In this document: one piece after another, positions 1 through 13,142 of the stretch
Layout: every line of letters starts with the position of its first letter
Numbering within the stretch: position 1 is the first letter of the stretch
Assembly: GCA_050084985.1 (NCBI GenBank)
Contig: JBITNC010000001.1
Location: 84,878,001-84,942,000, forward strand
Source of the DNA: Nageia nagi
Lineage: Eukaryota; Plantae; Pinophyta
Direction of reading: 5' to 3'
Length of the DNA stretch: 64,000 nt
Notes under the pieces: model-generated
Databases searched by the model: none
Told to the model about the DNA's origin: nothing
What the model saw: the letters and a program-made list of their open reading frames with translations, nothing else
Translations under genes and position numbers: made by a program

Positions 1-1838
1 CTTTTTTTTTTTTATCTTGATTGCTTCCTTTTGATTTGCTTTCCTGCCATGTCAACACTAATATCTACTAAAGCAATGAATCACCATTAGTATCTACAAT
101 ACAATGGCCAACATATCAATATTGGTATCTACCAAAGTAGTGGACAATAAATTGATGTTGGTATATATCAAAATAGTGGCCAATGAGTCACTTTTGAAAT
201 CTACTAAAGCAATGGCCAATGAGAACTTGCATAAAAAGAGATCCAAATGAAACTCCTCAAATGTGCATAAAATCTTATCCCATGGGATAAAATCCTTTGA
301 AATAGTGGGTTCACAAAATGTAGACTCAAAATAATGCATAAATAATAAATCAATGCACTATTTATCTATAATATAATATTGAAGCATATATAAGAAATAT
401 GTCAATAAATGAACTTGATAAATGAGGTACCTTTTTTAGATCCACATCAACATGAAATAACAGAGATCATACATCAATCATGATAACTTATTATAAGAAA
501 CTCACATCATTAATGGCCTAAATGAAGTATATTCTTGTTTAAAAATTGAAGTATTTAGAACAAGATGAAGAGTATTGCAAATCCAACTTTAAACATGATG
601 ACATACCATGCATAACAAATATCGTTAATGACCTGAAATATGAAGAATATGACCTCATGTGAAGAACAAAATATGATAACTACAACTAGGCATAACAAAT
701 CCAAGGTTAATTGGTAAAGACACTATATTAGTTATGGCACATTCCTAGGAGTTACCTGCATATAGAATATTTTGCTTTGATCTTCTTTTATAGATGCATT
801 TGTTCTTGATATCTACACCTTTTACATTGAATTTGGTTATTACATTACTTGTAGAGCATTTATACTTTTCTATAATAACATTATTTAATGCAATAAATAT
901 GAATTATTAATTAATAATAAATCATATTTAGGCTCTACAACAAAATATCTCAAAACTATCGAGCTCATGAATATGTTGATAAAAAATAATGGATTATAAT
1001 AAAATAAATTACTATTTCTCTATAATATTCTTACAAAATTATGCATGAGGATAATCATGTAATACTAGTGTGATTGAACTCTTCTCTTCATCATATTTGA
1101 GGCTCAAAGTCATGAATAGGTTCATTACTCAGATTTGGTTTAATATGATTGTAGAACTACAACATATGTGATATAGAATTAGCCTTGGTATGAAATCAAC
1201 ATTTTCATAATTATGAGATCTAAAGATGAAATTAATATAAGTAAAGTATGATGAAGAGTAGATAACATATCCTTATATTGGTGATGTTACAAAATATCAT
1301 CATGTTTGGATGATGTGACGTTCATATGTTGACCTATCTGATATTTGATTATCTGATAAATAATTCTTTTCTTTTGATATTCTTTTATAAAAAATGTATT
1401 GATCCTTTTCTTTTTTTGAGATTTATAAGTATTACATAGCTTATGGTACATTTATTGGTATTTACACAATTACATTGATTACAATACTCTTTTTGAACCT
1501 TTCAATATCTTTTACATCTTTGATACCTAAAATATGATTTCTATTTTATTAAAAATCATATTTAAGTGTATACAATTACTTACCTCATGAAGCTCCTCAT
1601 CTTTAACATTTGTAGTAGGCATATAATTATTACCAAAGATAGTATATAATGTGACACATAAGATACTATATAATGTTATTCTTGTCACACATATTTGTAA
1701 TATTACACCCAAAGTAAAAATTGATGCTATGCAAGATAATACTATCAATAATAGAGCATCGGTTGGCCATTATATATAAAATATAATTTTCAAAATTCAC
1801 AAATATGTCCCAATAATAATTAAATAATTGACTAAAAT

Positions 1839-2327
1839 TGTTAGAATTTGTAATGAAATATTGTGAATATCTAAACTCCATGTAAATTCAATTAATCACT
1901 TAAAGGATATTTTGATACCTTAAGGGATTAATTGAATTCTTTATTATGTAAACTTTGACCTTACCATGTGGTTAGTTGGTAGGTTAAAGTTAGGTAATAT
2001 ATTTATTGTAACCCTAACCTTACCCTTGGGTTAAAGGAAGGTTAGGGAGGTGCTCTCATGCTATAAATAGAGGGCCTCTCCTCTTGTAATAGAACTTAGA
2101 TTTTGAGTAAGATTACTCTACTAGTTTGTGTAGGAGAGAAAGGAATTGTAGTAAGAGGGTGCATAGTTTGAGAATTGAGATCTAGTTGTGGATGTACTCC
2201 TAAGGAGGGAGGAACCACTTATATTGGTGTTATCTTATGTGAATGGTGTTATTAGCTTGTAGATGTTGAATGATTAAGTTTCCTATAGTCTTGGACCTTG
2301 AGGATTAGTGTAGAACTAATTCCATCA
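1839..2327 (+). repeat. 5' LTR of copia element
   Basis: TG...CA termini, TATA box CTATAAATAG near 2061, near-identical to 8984-9472, followed by partial PBS ATTGGTA. Confidence 0.97.
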
Positions 2328-2334
2328 ATTGGTA

Positions 2335-2919
2335 CATTTTCTTATTCAAAGTTTCCTCATGCTTCATAAGAAGTCTAGAAAGGTTATCAAGAGATATGAC
2401 ATCTTCTTCATCATTGAGCCTAGTTTCCATAACCATGACAAAGTTACTAAACTTTATAGAAAGGCTTTGAAGAATGATGAAGACCATGAACTCATCATTG
2501 ATCCAGTTGCACCCACAGCCAACTAGTTGTGTCCTGAGGTCAATGATTTTGTTCAAGTAAATAGAAGCACTTTCATCTTCACCTTGACAATATTGCAACA
2601 ACTTTTGTAAAATAGTGAACCTCCTTGAAAATTTTGACCCAAGGTAAATTTTCTTTAGCCTATCCCAAGCTTCCTTTACTGATGTTGAAGAAGAGATCAT
2701 GAGAAGTACATCATCTAAAACTGCACGATAAATCATTGAAGTTGCTAACTCATTCTTTGAGTTATAGATTTCAAGAGCCTTCTCATCTGTAGGAGTGACC
2801 AAGTCTTCATTAACTATCTACCATAGCTTCGTTGCTTGTAACTCAGCTTTCATACAAGGTTCCCATATGCCGAAGTTGGAACTATTGAGTATATGCTTGG
2901 GTATGAAGGTTTCAACCAT
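2335..2919 (-). pseudogene. gag: Copia Gag N-terminal/core region, inverted relative to LTRs and pol
   Basis: MVETFIPKHILNSSNFGIWEPCMKAELQATKLW*IVN...KEAWDRLKKIY...IILQSLS...LLMKHEETLNKK is a typical copia gag (DUF4219/Retrotran_gag_2-like). One in-frame stop at 2818-2820. Confidence 0.88.
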
Positions 2920-4833
2920 TGCTACACAAAAGTAAATAAGTAAGAAGAATGAATAAATTTCTATAATTTACCATCTATACAAATCAAACATTGATAAGTA
3001 AACATGTATTACATGTCCAAACTTATAAACCAAGATCCGTAGAAGGATAAAGTTGAGGTTGTTTTCTTGTATAGAATTAAGCCTTCACCTGGATGCTTGC
3101 AAAGTGGAGCCCAAGTACTACCAGTCCTCAACCAGTTCACCTTGGACAGTAATATACTCTCTCAGGAAGAAGTACCAACTATTTTCCAAGGATCCGATGT
3201 ATCTTGGACCGACCATTTTAATTATCTTGTTTAAGGTTTTCAAGTTTTTCTCCTAGGTTATCAGGATAATCCTTGAATGGATGTGCAGACATGTGGTATC
3301 ACTACACACATGCCTGTCCACCTAATAGAGTTATGTCCAATCCAATAGAGGTCTTAGGGGCAATTAAGATGGATTTACCACCACTTAGTTCTTCAGACTA
3401 AAAAGGCTCCAATCTGCCCTGTCTTCCCCTCGTGGCTCCCCAAACAAGTCATGTTGTGGAAAAGTACATGCGGATGTGTTCATTTTAGGGGTTACTTTCA
3501 ATATTTTGTGTTTTGCAAGTATAAAGCAATTATGCAAAAATATAAAATAAAGTATTAAAAATACATCATCCATAAGAACTTGAAATATAAGAGTCCAATG
3601 GGTTTTGTGCTAACCCCTAAAGGACATTTTTACATTTTGCATACTTGCTCAAGTTCATAAATTCATTCAAAACTTTAATGAATTTAAAAAGGCTAAGTCC
3701 TACTTAGCATTAATCCATTCATTAATTTTTTAAAAAATTGCATAAGTTCTATACTTAGCATGAATTCATTTTTAAATGTTCTAAGTCCTACTCATGACTA
3801 GTAAAAAGAAATGCCATAAATCACTTAGCAAAGAATGCCTAGGGTTTATTCATAACTTAACATTTAATGAATAAGTCCATTCATACTTGGCATAAATTAT
3901 GAATTCATAGACAATGCTTAAGTCCTACTTTAGCATTAGTTTAAGCATTTAGAGAATTAAAAAATGCATAAGTTAAGCATTAACAAACTTGACATTTAAT
4001 GAATTAAAAAAAAAGGCACTAAATTCTCTCCCTTTTAAGGTTTTATCCCTAAAACTTGTATGCTAAAAAAATTTAGTAGGCATAGCATACTTAACTTAAA
4101 TATTTATCCTTCAAAGATAGCATACTTAGATTACCTTAGTAAATTTTTTTACTAAAAAAGTTTTGCCTAAGTAAATTACCATACTTAGAGAAAAAAAATT
4201 ATACTCCAAAATATCCTCCATGTGCCATATTTTTCTAAAAATTGGAATAGCATTTAAGAGTAATGATGCATAATGTATAAAGGAGATGGCTTGCAAGCAA
4301 AGAAAAAATAAATGCCTACCAAAGAAGGATATATTTGCTTCTAGAGAGCTTGCAAGTATTAATGAAAAAGAAAGGAGACCTATGCATAGTTAATGCTACT
4401 TTTACCTAAGCACTCAAAGTTATAAATGCTTTTAGGTAAGAAATATGGCTACCCTTCCCTTACCAAGAAGGAGTAAATGTTGCTTTGCATGTGCATTTAA
4501 GAATATGCAAGTAGTCAACAAAAAAATTAAATGCACAAAGAAGAAAAAAAAGAAACCTCCAACTTTATTCTAAGAAAAGGAGGGCAACATCAAGGAGAAG
4601 ATACAGAGGGAGGAGAAGAGGGTTGCGTGGAGATTTATGGTGGAGGTCCATTGCATAAGGCTGGGTGGCTCTTCAAAGGGAATGTAAACATAATTGGAAG
4701 GACTCAATTTCATAGGATATCGTAGAATGAAGGCAACGTGGGTTGGTGAGTGCTGACAGTCTATTTAGCGCTTTGTTTTTATGAAGCACGTAATGCACGT
4801 TTTGCTGACTACAAAGACAAATACATTGCTCTA

Positions 4834-7800
4834 GGATCAACCAAAACTCCTTTCAAGAAGAAGTTCAATCATTATAAATCCAAAGATAACAAATCCTCAT
4901 CTACCTTCAGGAAGCATGAGAAAAAGGGCAACAATAATGGCAACTTCAAGCAAAGGAATGACAAAGCTGGATCAAGCAATCCAACACCTAAGGAAAAGTT
5001 TGATGGAAATTGTAACTTTTGTGGCATCTTTGGTCACAAAGAGTATGATTATCGTAAAAAGAAATTTGCTCAAAAAGGCAAGGGAAATGCAAATGTGAAA
5101 AATTTCAATAATAAAAAGAAGACCAAACATGCTGCTACTTTTGCCTACTACTCAGTGACTCAAACTATTTCAAATGATTGGATTGTTGATTCAAGATGCA
5201 CTAATCACATGTGTTATGAAAAGGATAAGTTTGAAAACTTTCATAAGTACAAGAAGGATGCAGTTGTGATAGGTGATAATTCAGTTTTTGATTTTCAAGG
5301 AATAGGGAGTGTGAAGATTCATGGAAAGGTTCTTGATAATGTCTTTTATGTGCCTAAACTAAGGATGAATCTTATCTCTGTAATTCAGATTACTAGGAAA
5401 GGATACTCATTTGAGTTTACCTCACACTCCTGGTGTGTTAAGAAAGGACTTTTCACCTTGATGAAAGGATCAGTAAAGGATGACCTTTATATTATGGATC
5501 AAGTTCCTTCAAAGATGTGTCTTGCTGCAAATGTTTATTAAAAGGGTAATCTTTGGCATCAATGATTAGGGCACCTTAACCACAAGAGTATTCAAGATAT
5601 GAAAAATTAAGAACTTGTGGAAGGTTTACCTAATATTTCACCCATAATTGGTCTCTATGAAAGGTGCATTCTAGGAAAGATGAATAGGTAAAAGTTTGAA
5701 AAAGATAAGGCAACTCAGGCTACTCATCCTCTTCAGCTTGTGCATTCAGATTTGATAGGTCCATTTTAGACTAAGTCTCTAGGGGGAGCTTCTTATGTTT
5801 TGACCTTCATTGATGAATTCAGCAGGATGACATTTGGTTATCTACTTGAGCACAAGGATCAAACTTTTGATAGGTTTAAAGACTTCAAGGCTCTTATTGA
5901 AAATCAAACTGATTGATGTTGAGATCTAATAATGGGGGTGAGTATAATAGGAATGATTTTAACAACTATTGTGTTAAACATGGGATCAAGTAGCAATTCA
6001 TAATCCCTTACACCCCTCAACAAAATGGAGTTGCTGAAAGGAAGAATCGAACCATTATGGAAATGGCAAGGTGCATGTTGGGTAACCTTCCTAGTTTCTT
6101 ATGGGGTGAAGCTGTTCACACTGCTATTCACACCCTAAATAGGTGTCCTACTAAAGCAGTTGAAGGTAAAACTCTATATGAAGCATGGACAGGAAAGAAA
6201 CCTAACATCTCACACTTTAGGGTCTTCGATTGTGATGCATTTGCCTTCATTACCTCAGAGAAAAGAATGAAGTTGGATAAAAGATAAGAAAAATGCATCT
6301 TTGTGGGTATGATAATCAGCATAGAGGTTACAGGCTCTACTCCTCATCCCATAAAATAGTCTTTATTTCTAGGGATGTCAAGTTCAATGAACTTCTTGAG
6401 GATACGACTTCTCATACTGAGGTGTCTGATTCAGATGATTCTTCACCTGCACCTAACTGGTTGGATGATCACATAGGGAAGTCACCATAAGAGCAAAATT
6501 CTCCAGCTCAGAGAATTACAAGGAGTATGACCTTGAATAAATCTTTATTTGCCAAAATTGATAATACGAATGAGCCATCAACCTTCAAAGAAGCTTCCAA
6601 GCAAGAGTGTTGGATGGAAGCTATGAAAGTTGAGTATGAGGTGCTCATAAAAAATGAAACTTAGGATTTGGTTCCTTATCCCAATGAGAAAAATGTGATT
6701 GGAAATAAATGGATATATAAGGTCAAGTACAATTCTAATGGAGAAATTAAAAAATACAAAGCAAGGTTAGTGGCCAAAGGATTCGCTCAGAAATATGGTA
6801 TTGATTATGAGGAAACCTTTGCTCCTATGGCCAAGATGCCTACTATCAGGATAATCCTTGCTCTTTCTGCAGCTCAAGGATGGAAAGTTTTTCAACTTGA
6901 TGTCAAGAGTGCATTTCTCGATGGTGACTTGGATGCAGGAATCTACATGAATCAACCAGAAGGATTTATTCTAGAAGGTAAAGAGTCTTTTGTGTGCAAG
7001 CTAAAGAAGTCTTTGTATGGACTTAAGCAAGCACCTAGAGCATGGTACAAGAAAATTTTAGGAATCTTTGTAGATATTGGTTTTTCCAAGTGCTTCTCTA
7101 ACTCAGATCTCTATGTACTCAATCAAGGAAAAGACATGGTCTTAATTCTCCTTTATGTGGATGATCTTCTCATAACTGGCAATAATATTGAAATCATCCA
7201 AGAGTGCATATCCAAACTGAAGGCAACATTTGAAATGACTGATCTAGGTCTATTGCATTACTATCTTGGGATGCAACTATACCAACATAAAGATTGTACT
7301 TATCTTAGTCAATATAAGTATATATTAGACATCTTGCAAAAGTTTGGAATGGAGGGGTGTAGATATGTTGCAATACATGTTTCTCCTAGAATCAATGTAT
7401 CTCTGAGCTCAAATTCTTAGTTGGCTAATGCTACAACTTATAGGCAACTGATCGGTAGTCTTCTGTATCTGACTATCTCTCAACCTGATATTACCTTTGC
7501 AGTGAATCTGATGGCACGATTCATGCAAAAACCATATGTTGAGGACCTTAATGCTGTTAAGTAAATCTTGAGGTATGTGGCAGGGACAAAGGATCTTGCT
7601 CTTAAGTATTCCAAAGTGCCCTTGATTATTCTCTTCGGGTTCTCAAATTCTGATTATGGGGGAGATAGAGATGATAGAAAATTAACCTTTGCATATGTGT
7701 TCAGCATTGGTTCAGGTGCTATCTCTTGGGCTTCCAAGAAGCAACCTACTATGACTCTTTCTACCATCGAAGCTGAATATCGAGCCATGTCTGTTGCCAC

Positions 7801-8119
7801 CCAGGAAGCTATTTGGTTGAGGCATCTTTTGAATGAAATTGGGTATGAGCAAAATGGCCCATCTCTTATTTTTTTAGACAATCAATCCGCTATCTCTTTG
7901 TCTAAGAATCCTGTGTTCCATTAAAGAACCAAACATGTGGAAATCCAAGCCCATTTTATCAGGGAGAAGGTTCTAGATGACATCATACACTTGGAGTATT
8001 GTCCATCTACTGTAAACTCTGTTGATTTATTCACCAAGCCCCTTCCTAAAGCTCAGTTCAGCAAGCTTAGGGATTCTTTCAGGTTGGTGAAGTTACCCTC
8101 AAGGGGGAGTGAAGTTTGA
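4834..8119 (+). pseudogene. pol: Copia Gag zinc knuckle plus Pol polyprotein (protease, integrase, RT, RNase H), many stops and frameshifts
   Basis: CNFCGIFGH knuckle; WIVDSRCTNHM protease; VHSDL..GP and TPQQNGVAERKNRTIMEMARCML integrase; YKARLVAKGFAQ and LYVDDLLI RT; SWASKKQ, EAEY, DNQSAI, DLFTKPL RNase H. Confidence 0.97.
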
Positions 8120-8182
8120 ACTTTTGTTAATGATGACAACTTCACCTTTAAGAGGCCCTTTTGTTGTTATATAGTGTTGATT

Positions 8183-8414
8183 ATGATATACCTCTGTGGT
8201 AAGTTCGCTTTGTGTGAGGAACTTCTTGTACATTTTATACCTCCATGGTAAGTTTGCTCTGCATGAGAAACTTGTTGTATAATTTTTTGAGCATATAATG
8301 ATATACCTCCGTGGTAAGTTTGCTCTGTGTGAGGAACTTCTTGTACATTTTATACCTCTGTGGTAAGTTTGCTCTGCGTGAGAAACTTTTTTGTACAATT
8401 TTTTGAGCATATAA
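8183..8414 (+). repeat. Tandem repeat (2 x ~115 bp, each with two ~48-bp subunits) downstream of pol
   Basis: TATACCTCYRTGGTAAGTTTGCTCTG...GAGRAACTT occurs four times. Confidence 0.85.
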
Positions 8415-8983
8415 TTAATCAATCAATTTCATTGTTCAAGTATTCATATGAGAAGATCTAGTATGTGTCTTTAGGCATTGTACATTCATCTATATGTTAT
8501 GCTCTATTAATAATCAACACATGTCTATATACAATAGGTGACTATGAGTGATGGCTTGGCATCTCCATGATGACTTATAGTGCACCATTGATCAGTTATT
8601 TATAAGATGGCATTATTTGATTTTCTTATTAATAAAATGAATATATGATGCATCTAACTGATTTTGTTCATGAGTTGCTTGTAGCATGTAGGATCTTCTT
8701 TAGAAATGCAAGTTACTCACCTTGTGTAAGCAAGCTTATGGAGACTCACATGTCAGCTTAAAGTTGATCGACTACTATGTACAGTGAAACCAGTTGTGGT
8801 TAATGATTATATTGTAAACCATTTTATCAAATGGTAATGTAGTGAGTCTCAAACTAGTTCTCAAAAAGATTCTCAAATATGTAAATGTTCTCATCTCTGC
8901 TTGTATCTCTATGGAGGAGAACTCTCTCTTACTCTCTCTGTTCTCTCTTGTACGGTCTATCCCAATATTGCATTAAGGGGGAG

Positions 8984-9472
8984 TGTTAGAATTTGTAATG
9001 AAATATTGTGAACATCTAAACTCCTTGTAAATTCAATTAATCACTTAAAAGATATTTAGATACCTTAAGGGATTAATTGAATTCTTTATTATGTAAACTT
9101 TGACCTTACCATGTGGTTAGTTGGTAGGTTAAAGTTAGGTAATATATTTATTGTAACCCTAACCTTACCCTTGGGTTAAAGGAAGGTTAGGGAGGTGCTC
9201 TCATGCTATAAATAGAGGGCCTCTCCTCTTGTAACAGAACTTAGATTTTGAGTAAGATTACTCTACTAGTTTGTGTAGGAGAGAAAGGAATTGTAGTAAG
9301 AGGGTGCATAGTTTGAGAATTGAGATCTAGTTGTGGATGTACTCCCAAGGAGGGAGGAATCACTTATATTGGTGTTATCTTGTGTGAATGGTGTTATTAG
9401 CTTGTAGATGTTGAATGATTAAGTTTCCTATAGTCTTGGACCTTGAGGATTAGTGTAGAACTAATTCCATCA
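8984..9472 (+). repeat. 3' LTR of copia element
   Basis: Preceded by the PPT, followed by TSD AAAAT, matches the 5' LTR. Confidence 0.97.
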
Positions 9473-10725
9473 AAAATGACCATTAAAATAAAGTGTATTA
9501 TGCAAAAATGAAATTCTACAAAAAAATATTCAACTCAAAATCCCATAAATACATATGTAAATAAACCTAATATTATCATCTGAAAGTTTCCTACCACCAA
9601 TATCTAAGGTTTAAGAAAAATTCTAGGGCATAAAAATACACCAAAACTTCAAAAATTATGCTCAAAATCTAGGGTTTCCATAAAAAATGATATTGTATAA
9701 AATAAAAATATCCTTAATTTTTTAACAATTTAAAAATAGTAGGGCTTAATAATTTTCTATAAAATTAGGAAAAATAAAGAGAAAATAAAACCTAAGGCTT
9801 TGTATGAAAATATCCATAAAAAATATGATATCTTAAAATAAAAAATATGGTCGATTCGACTTTAAGATGGGCAATAATATCTTGAATATTTCTGTTGACC
9901 ATTAATTATTACTAGGTAGTAACTAGGTTAACATTCACATATCATGATATGTAATAATATCAAACAATAGAATGACATGAAATATAATAATTTGAAATAC
10001 TTGAATAATGAAATAATGTATAAGTGAGGTATTTAAATTATTATATCAGATCTAATGCCAAATAACACTAAGGAGATGAGAGATTTGAGGGAGATAAATA
10101 CTTTTTACTTTACCTGAGTATCAAAGACATATGCATATAGGAACTTGTTGTGAATGGATGAACCTAATATGAAAAATCCATGCCAAATGTAGATAGGAAC
10201 ACTAGTAAAGGATCAAATGGAAGCATAGATGTTGAGCTTGCATATAATAACACCAACACCTAAGGGAGTGCAAATGCTAATATTCTAATTAGTAGAGTCT
10301 ACAACCAATATTTGAATAACAATATGAAAAATGAAAAGCCTAATCTAGCATATAATGAAATGAAAGAGTGATAGGCCTCATGTGATAATCAAATCTCAAG
10401 CCACTAGGGCTAACCATGTTCTCTCTTTTGTATGAGACCATGAAAACACTTTTTAGATTTTATAAGCATCTTGAATAGAAATATGAAATACATAAATATG
10501 TTTTGAAGCACCAACTTGATTAATTAGATTTTCCCACCTTGATTGAGGAAACCCTTCCACCTTGCTAATATTTTCCTTATTTTCTTTATCTCTAGGTTGC
10601 ATAATTTTGTCTTCATATTCCCTCTGAAGAGAAGCATTCCTATGTAAGTGGAAGTTACATCCCTTATTTTGTATCAAAAATTTCTTATTATTCTACCTTT
10701 CTCCATATGGGATATGAGAGAAGAA

Positions 10726-10773
10726 CACAACAATAACAACAATAATAAAACCACCACCACCACCACCACCAAG

Positions 10774-10805
<32 letters not shown>

Positions 10806-10830
10806 CTACTACTACTACTACTACTACTAT

Positions 10831-10863
<33 letters not shown>

Positions 10864-11446
10864 CACCACCACAACCACCACCACCACTACTACAACAACA
10901 ACAACAACAACACCACCACCACCACTAACAACAATAACAACTACAACTACTACAACTACCACTACTACTACTACTACCACCACCACCACCATCACCACCA
11001 CCAACAATAACAACAACAATAACAACAACAACAACTACTACTACTACTACTACTATTACCACCACCACCACCACCACCACCACCACTACCGCTGCTACTA
11101 TTACTACCATGACTACTACTAATACCATGACTACCATGACTATGACTATTACTACTACTACTACTATTGCTGCTGCTGCTACTACCAAGACTATTATTGC
11201 CACCATCTACTACTACTACCAGCATCACTACTACTACTACTACCATGACTACTACTACTACCACGACTACTACCACCACCACCACAACTACTACTATGAT
11301 GACCATAACCACCACCAGCACCACCATCACCACCAGCACCACCACTATGACCACTATTACTACCACTACTACTACCACTACTACTACTAGTAATAATAAT
11401 AATATAATAATAATAATAATAATAATAGTAATAATAATAATAATAG
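10726..11446. repeat. Long compound trinucleotide microsatellite (AAC/ACC/TAC/AAT/GCT)
   Basis: About 720 bp of interleaved trinucleotide runs, visible directly. Confidence 0.97.
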
Positions 11447-12247
11447 CCATATGATACAAGCAGGGGTTCACTTGCATAAGCATGCCCAAATGACTCCCAT
11501 GAATCCTAATCGATGATATGTTACAGTGAAGGGAATATATGGAGCATGGAAAGTCATCATTTGAATATGGGACCTTGTATTCATGAGAAGTGTTTATTGT
11601 ATGATAAAGGATCGATAAGGAGGAGGAGAATATATGGGATATCTAGTGAGGATGAGAATATGTAGAATTGAAGATAATAAATGAAATGATGAAGCAAATA
11701 TTGATGGGAGAGGCAAGTGCATAGGTTCTCTCGAAGTCTTACCTATGCCCTAATAAGCATTGTGAAAATGATTGCATCAAAATTCAAAAGTAATATGGAG
11801 TCTTGCTATTTCTTATGAATCCTTTAGATGCTTATGGAGTGCAATTAGGATTCTTGAAGAGAGCAACCTTCAAATAGTTTTAGGGTACAACTACTCGAGA
11901 CTAACACACTTACCCTTAGGTTTGAAAAATATTTTTGGCTCTTCGAGAACCTTGAGTGCAAATTCAAGCAACAACCAAAGAAAAAAATTAGATCTATGAG
12001 TTTAAAGGATAGAATTGGAAGAAGAAGAAACAAAAAGGGAGTATTACTAAATTCTCATGAAGGTTCTAATGAGAATTAAATGTAGCATATTTTTTAATAG
12101 AGTTGTAATTGAAGATGATATTGATAACTATATGGTTGCATATGAGCTACATATAAACAATAGCTTTGTAGTAAGAAGATAGTCATATATGTAACAAATT
12201 TTGGGATTGTATAAAAAAATCCATTCATTTTTTATAATATATTTACC

Positions 12248-12248
<1 letters not shown>

Positions 12249-12286
<38 letters not shown>

Positions 12287-12315
12287 TAATAATAATAATA
12301 ATTATTATTATTATT
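12249..12315. repeat. (AAT)n followed by (ATT)n microsatellite
   Basis: Visible directly. The two runs are mutually complementary. Confidence 0.9.
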
Positions 12316-13107
12316 TTGATGTAAGAAAAATTGAGATAACCAAGTGAGATTGTTTTTTCTTTACAAACATATACTTGTAAGCTTAGTTTTAGTTGTGTAA
12401 CTCATGTAATACTTCTATGCTTTGGACACAGATTTTGGGAACCAAATCTCAAAATTTAAAATCCAATTCATGCATTCTCTAGTAAAGACATCATCTTACA
12501 ACTATCATAGCTTGTAAATAATTATTTTTGAATTAATATCACAAATGACGTACAACCTCATGTATAGTTATTTACATGATAGGTATGCTTCTTTGAATTA
12601 AAAAGCATTAAGAGGGAAACCCCAAAGAAATCTTCTAAGTTATGCAAAGCTTGTAGAATACTTGCAGTGGCCATGGAGTCTTCATCCTCTTCCATTCTTT
12701 TGGATTCCTCTCCCTTAATCATAATTTATAATGATGAATCCATACAATGCCTAAGTAGCATAGCCACTCTTCCCCAATGCCCTTCACTTGACAGGCTCAT
12801 GAAAAACTCAAGGCAATTATAAAAAAAATTATGCCAAAAAGGAAGGATAATATTAGATAGGAAAAAGGAAAGAATGGAATAAGTAATGTGAAAGGAGTAA
12901 GATCTATATATAATGCACAACAAGAAGGAACAAAGTAGTTGTGGGAACAAGTACATGGGTAAAAGGTCATACACCAAATATTACTTTTACACCCAATACC
13001 TAGTAAGAAAAAAAAGAAACAATAAATCATATTTTTGTAACATGCACTTACATACATACAAGAAGTAATATTTAAATTCAATATTATTAACATCTTAACA
13101 ATTTGAT

Positions 13108-13111
<4 letters not shown>

Positions 13112-13141
<30 letters not shown>
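13112..13141. repeat. (TA)n microsatellite
   Basis: Visible directly. Confidence 0.9.

Positions 13142-13142
<1 letters not shown>

Larger units (their letters stand above)
1839..9472 (+). mobile_element. Full-length Ty1/copia LTR retrotransposon (decayed, internally inverted)
   Basis: Two 489-bp direct repeats TGTTAGA...TCCATCA at 1839-2327 and 8984-9472, about 8 substitutions by eye. 5-bp TSD AAAAT at 1834-1838 and 9473-9477. PPT AAGGGGGAG at 8975-8983. Domain order PR-IN-RT-RH. Confidence 0.97.

Noticed and set aside
60-225. Degenerate ~33-bp tandem repeat (TCTACTAAAGCAATGGCCAA)
   Set aside because: Short, decayed, at the window edge, with no supportable function.
4750-4833. N-terminus of the 263-aa ORF as a real protein start
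   Set aside because: It lies within the inverted leader. Coding similarity begins only at ~4834.
10648-11489. Poly-N/T/Y/H/V ORFs on both strands
   Set aside because: Artefacts of the trinucleotide microsatellite, with no domain content.
12600-12830. Possible minus-strand exon fragment
   Set aside because: No frame gave a recognisable protein motif.
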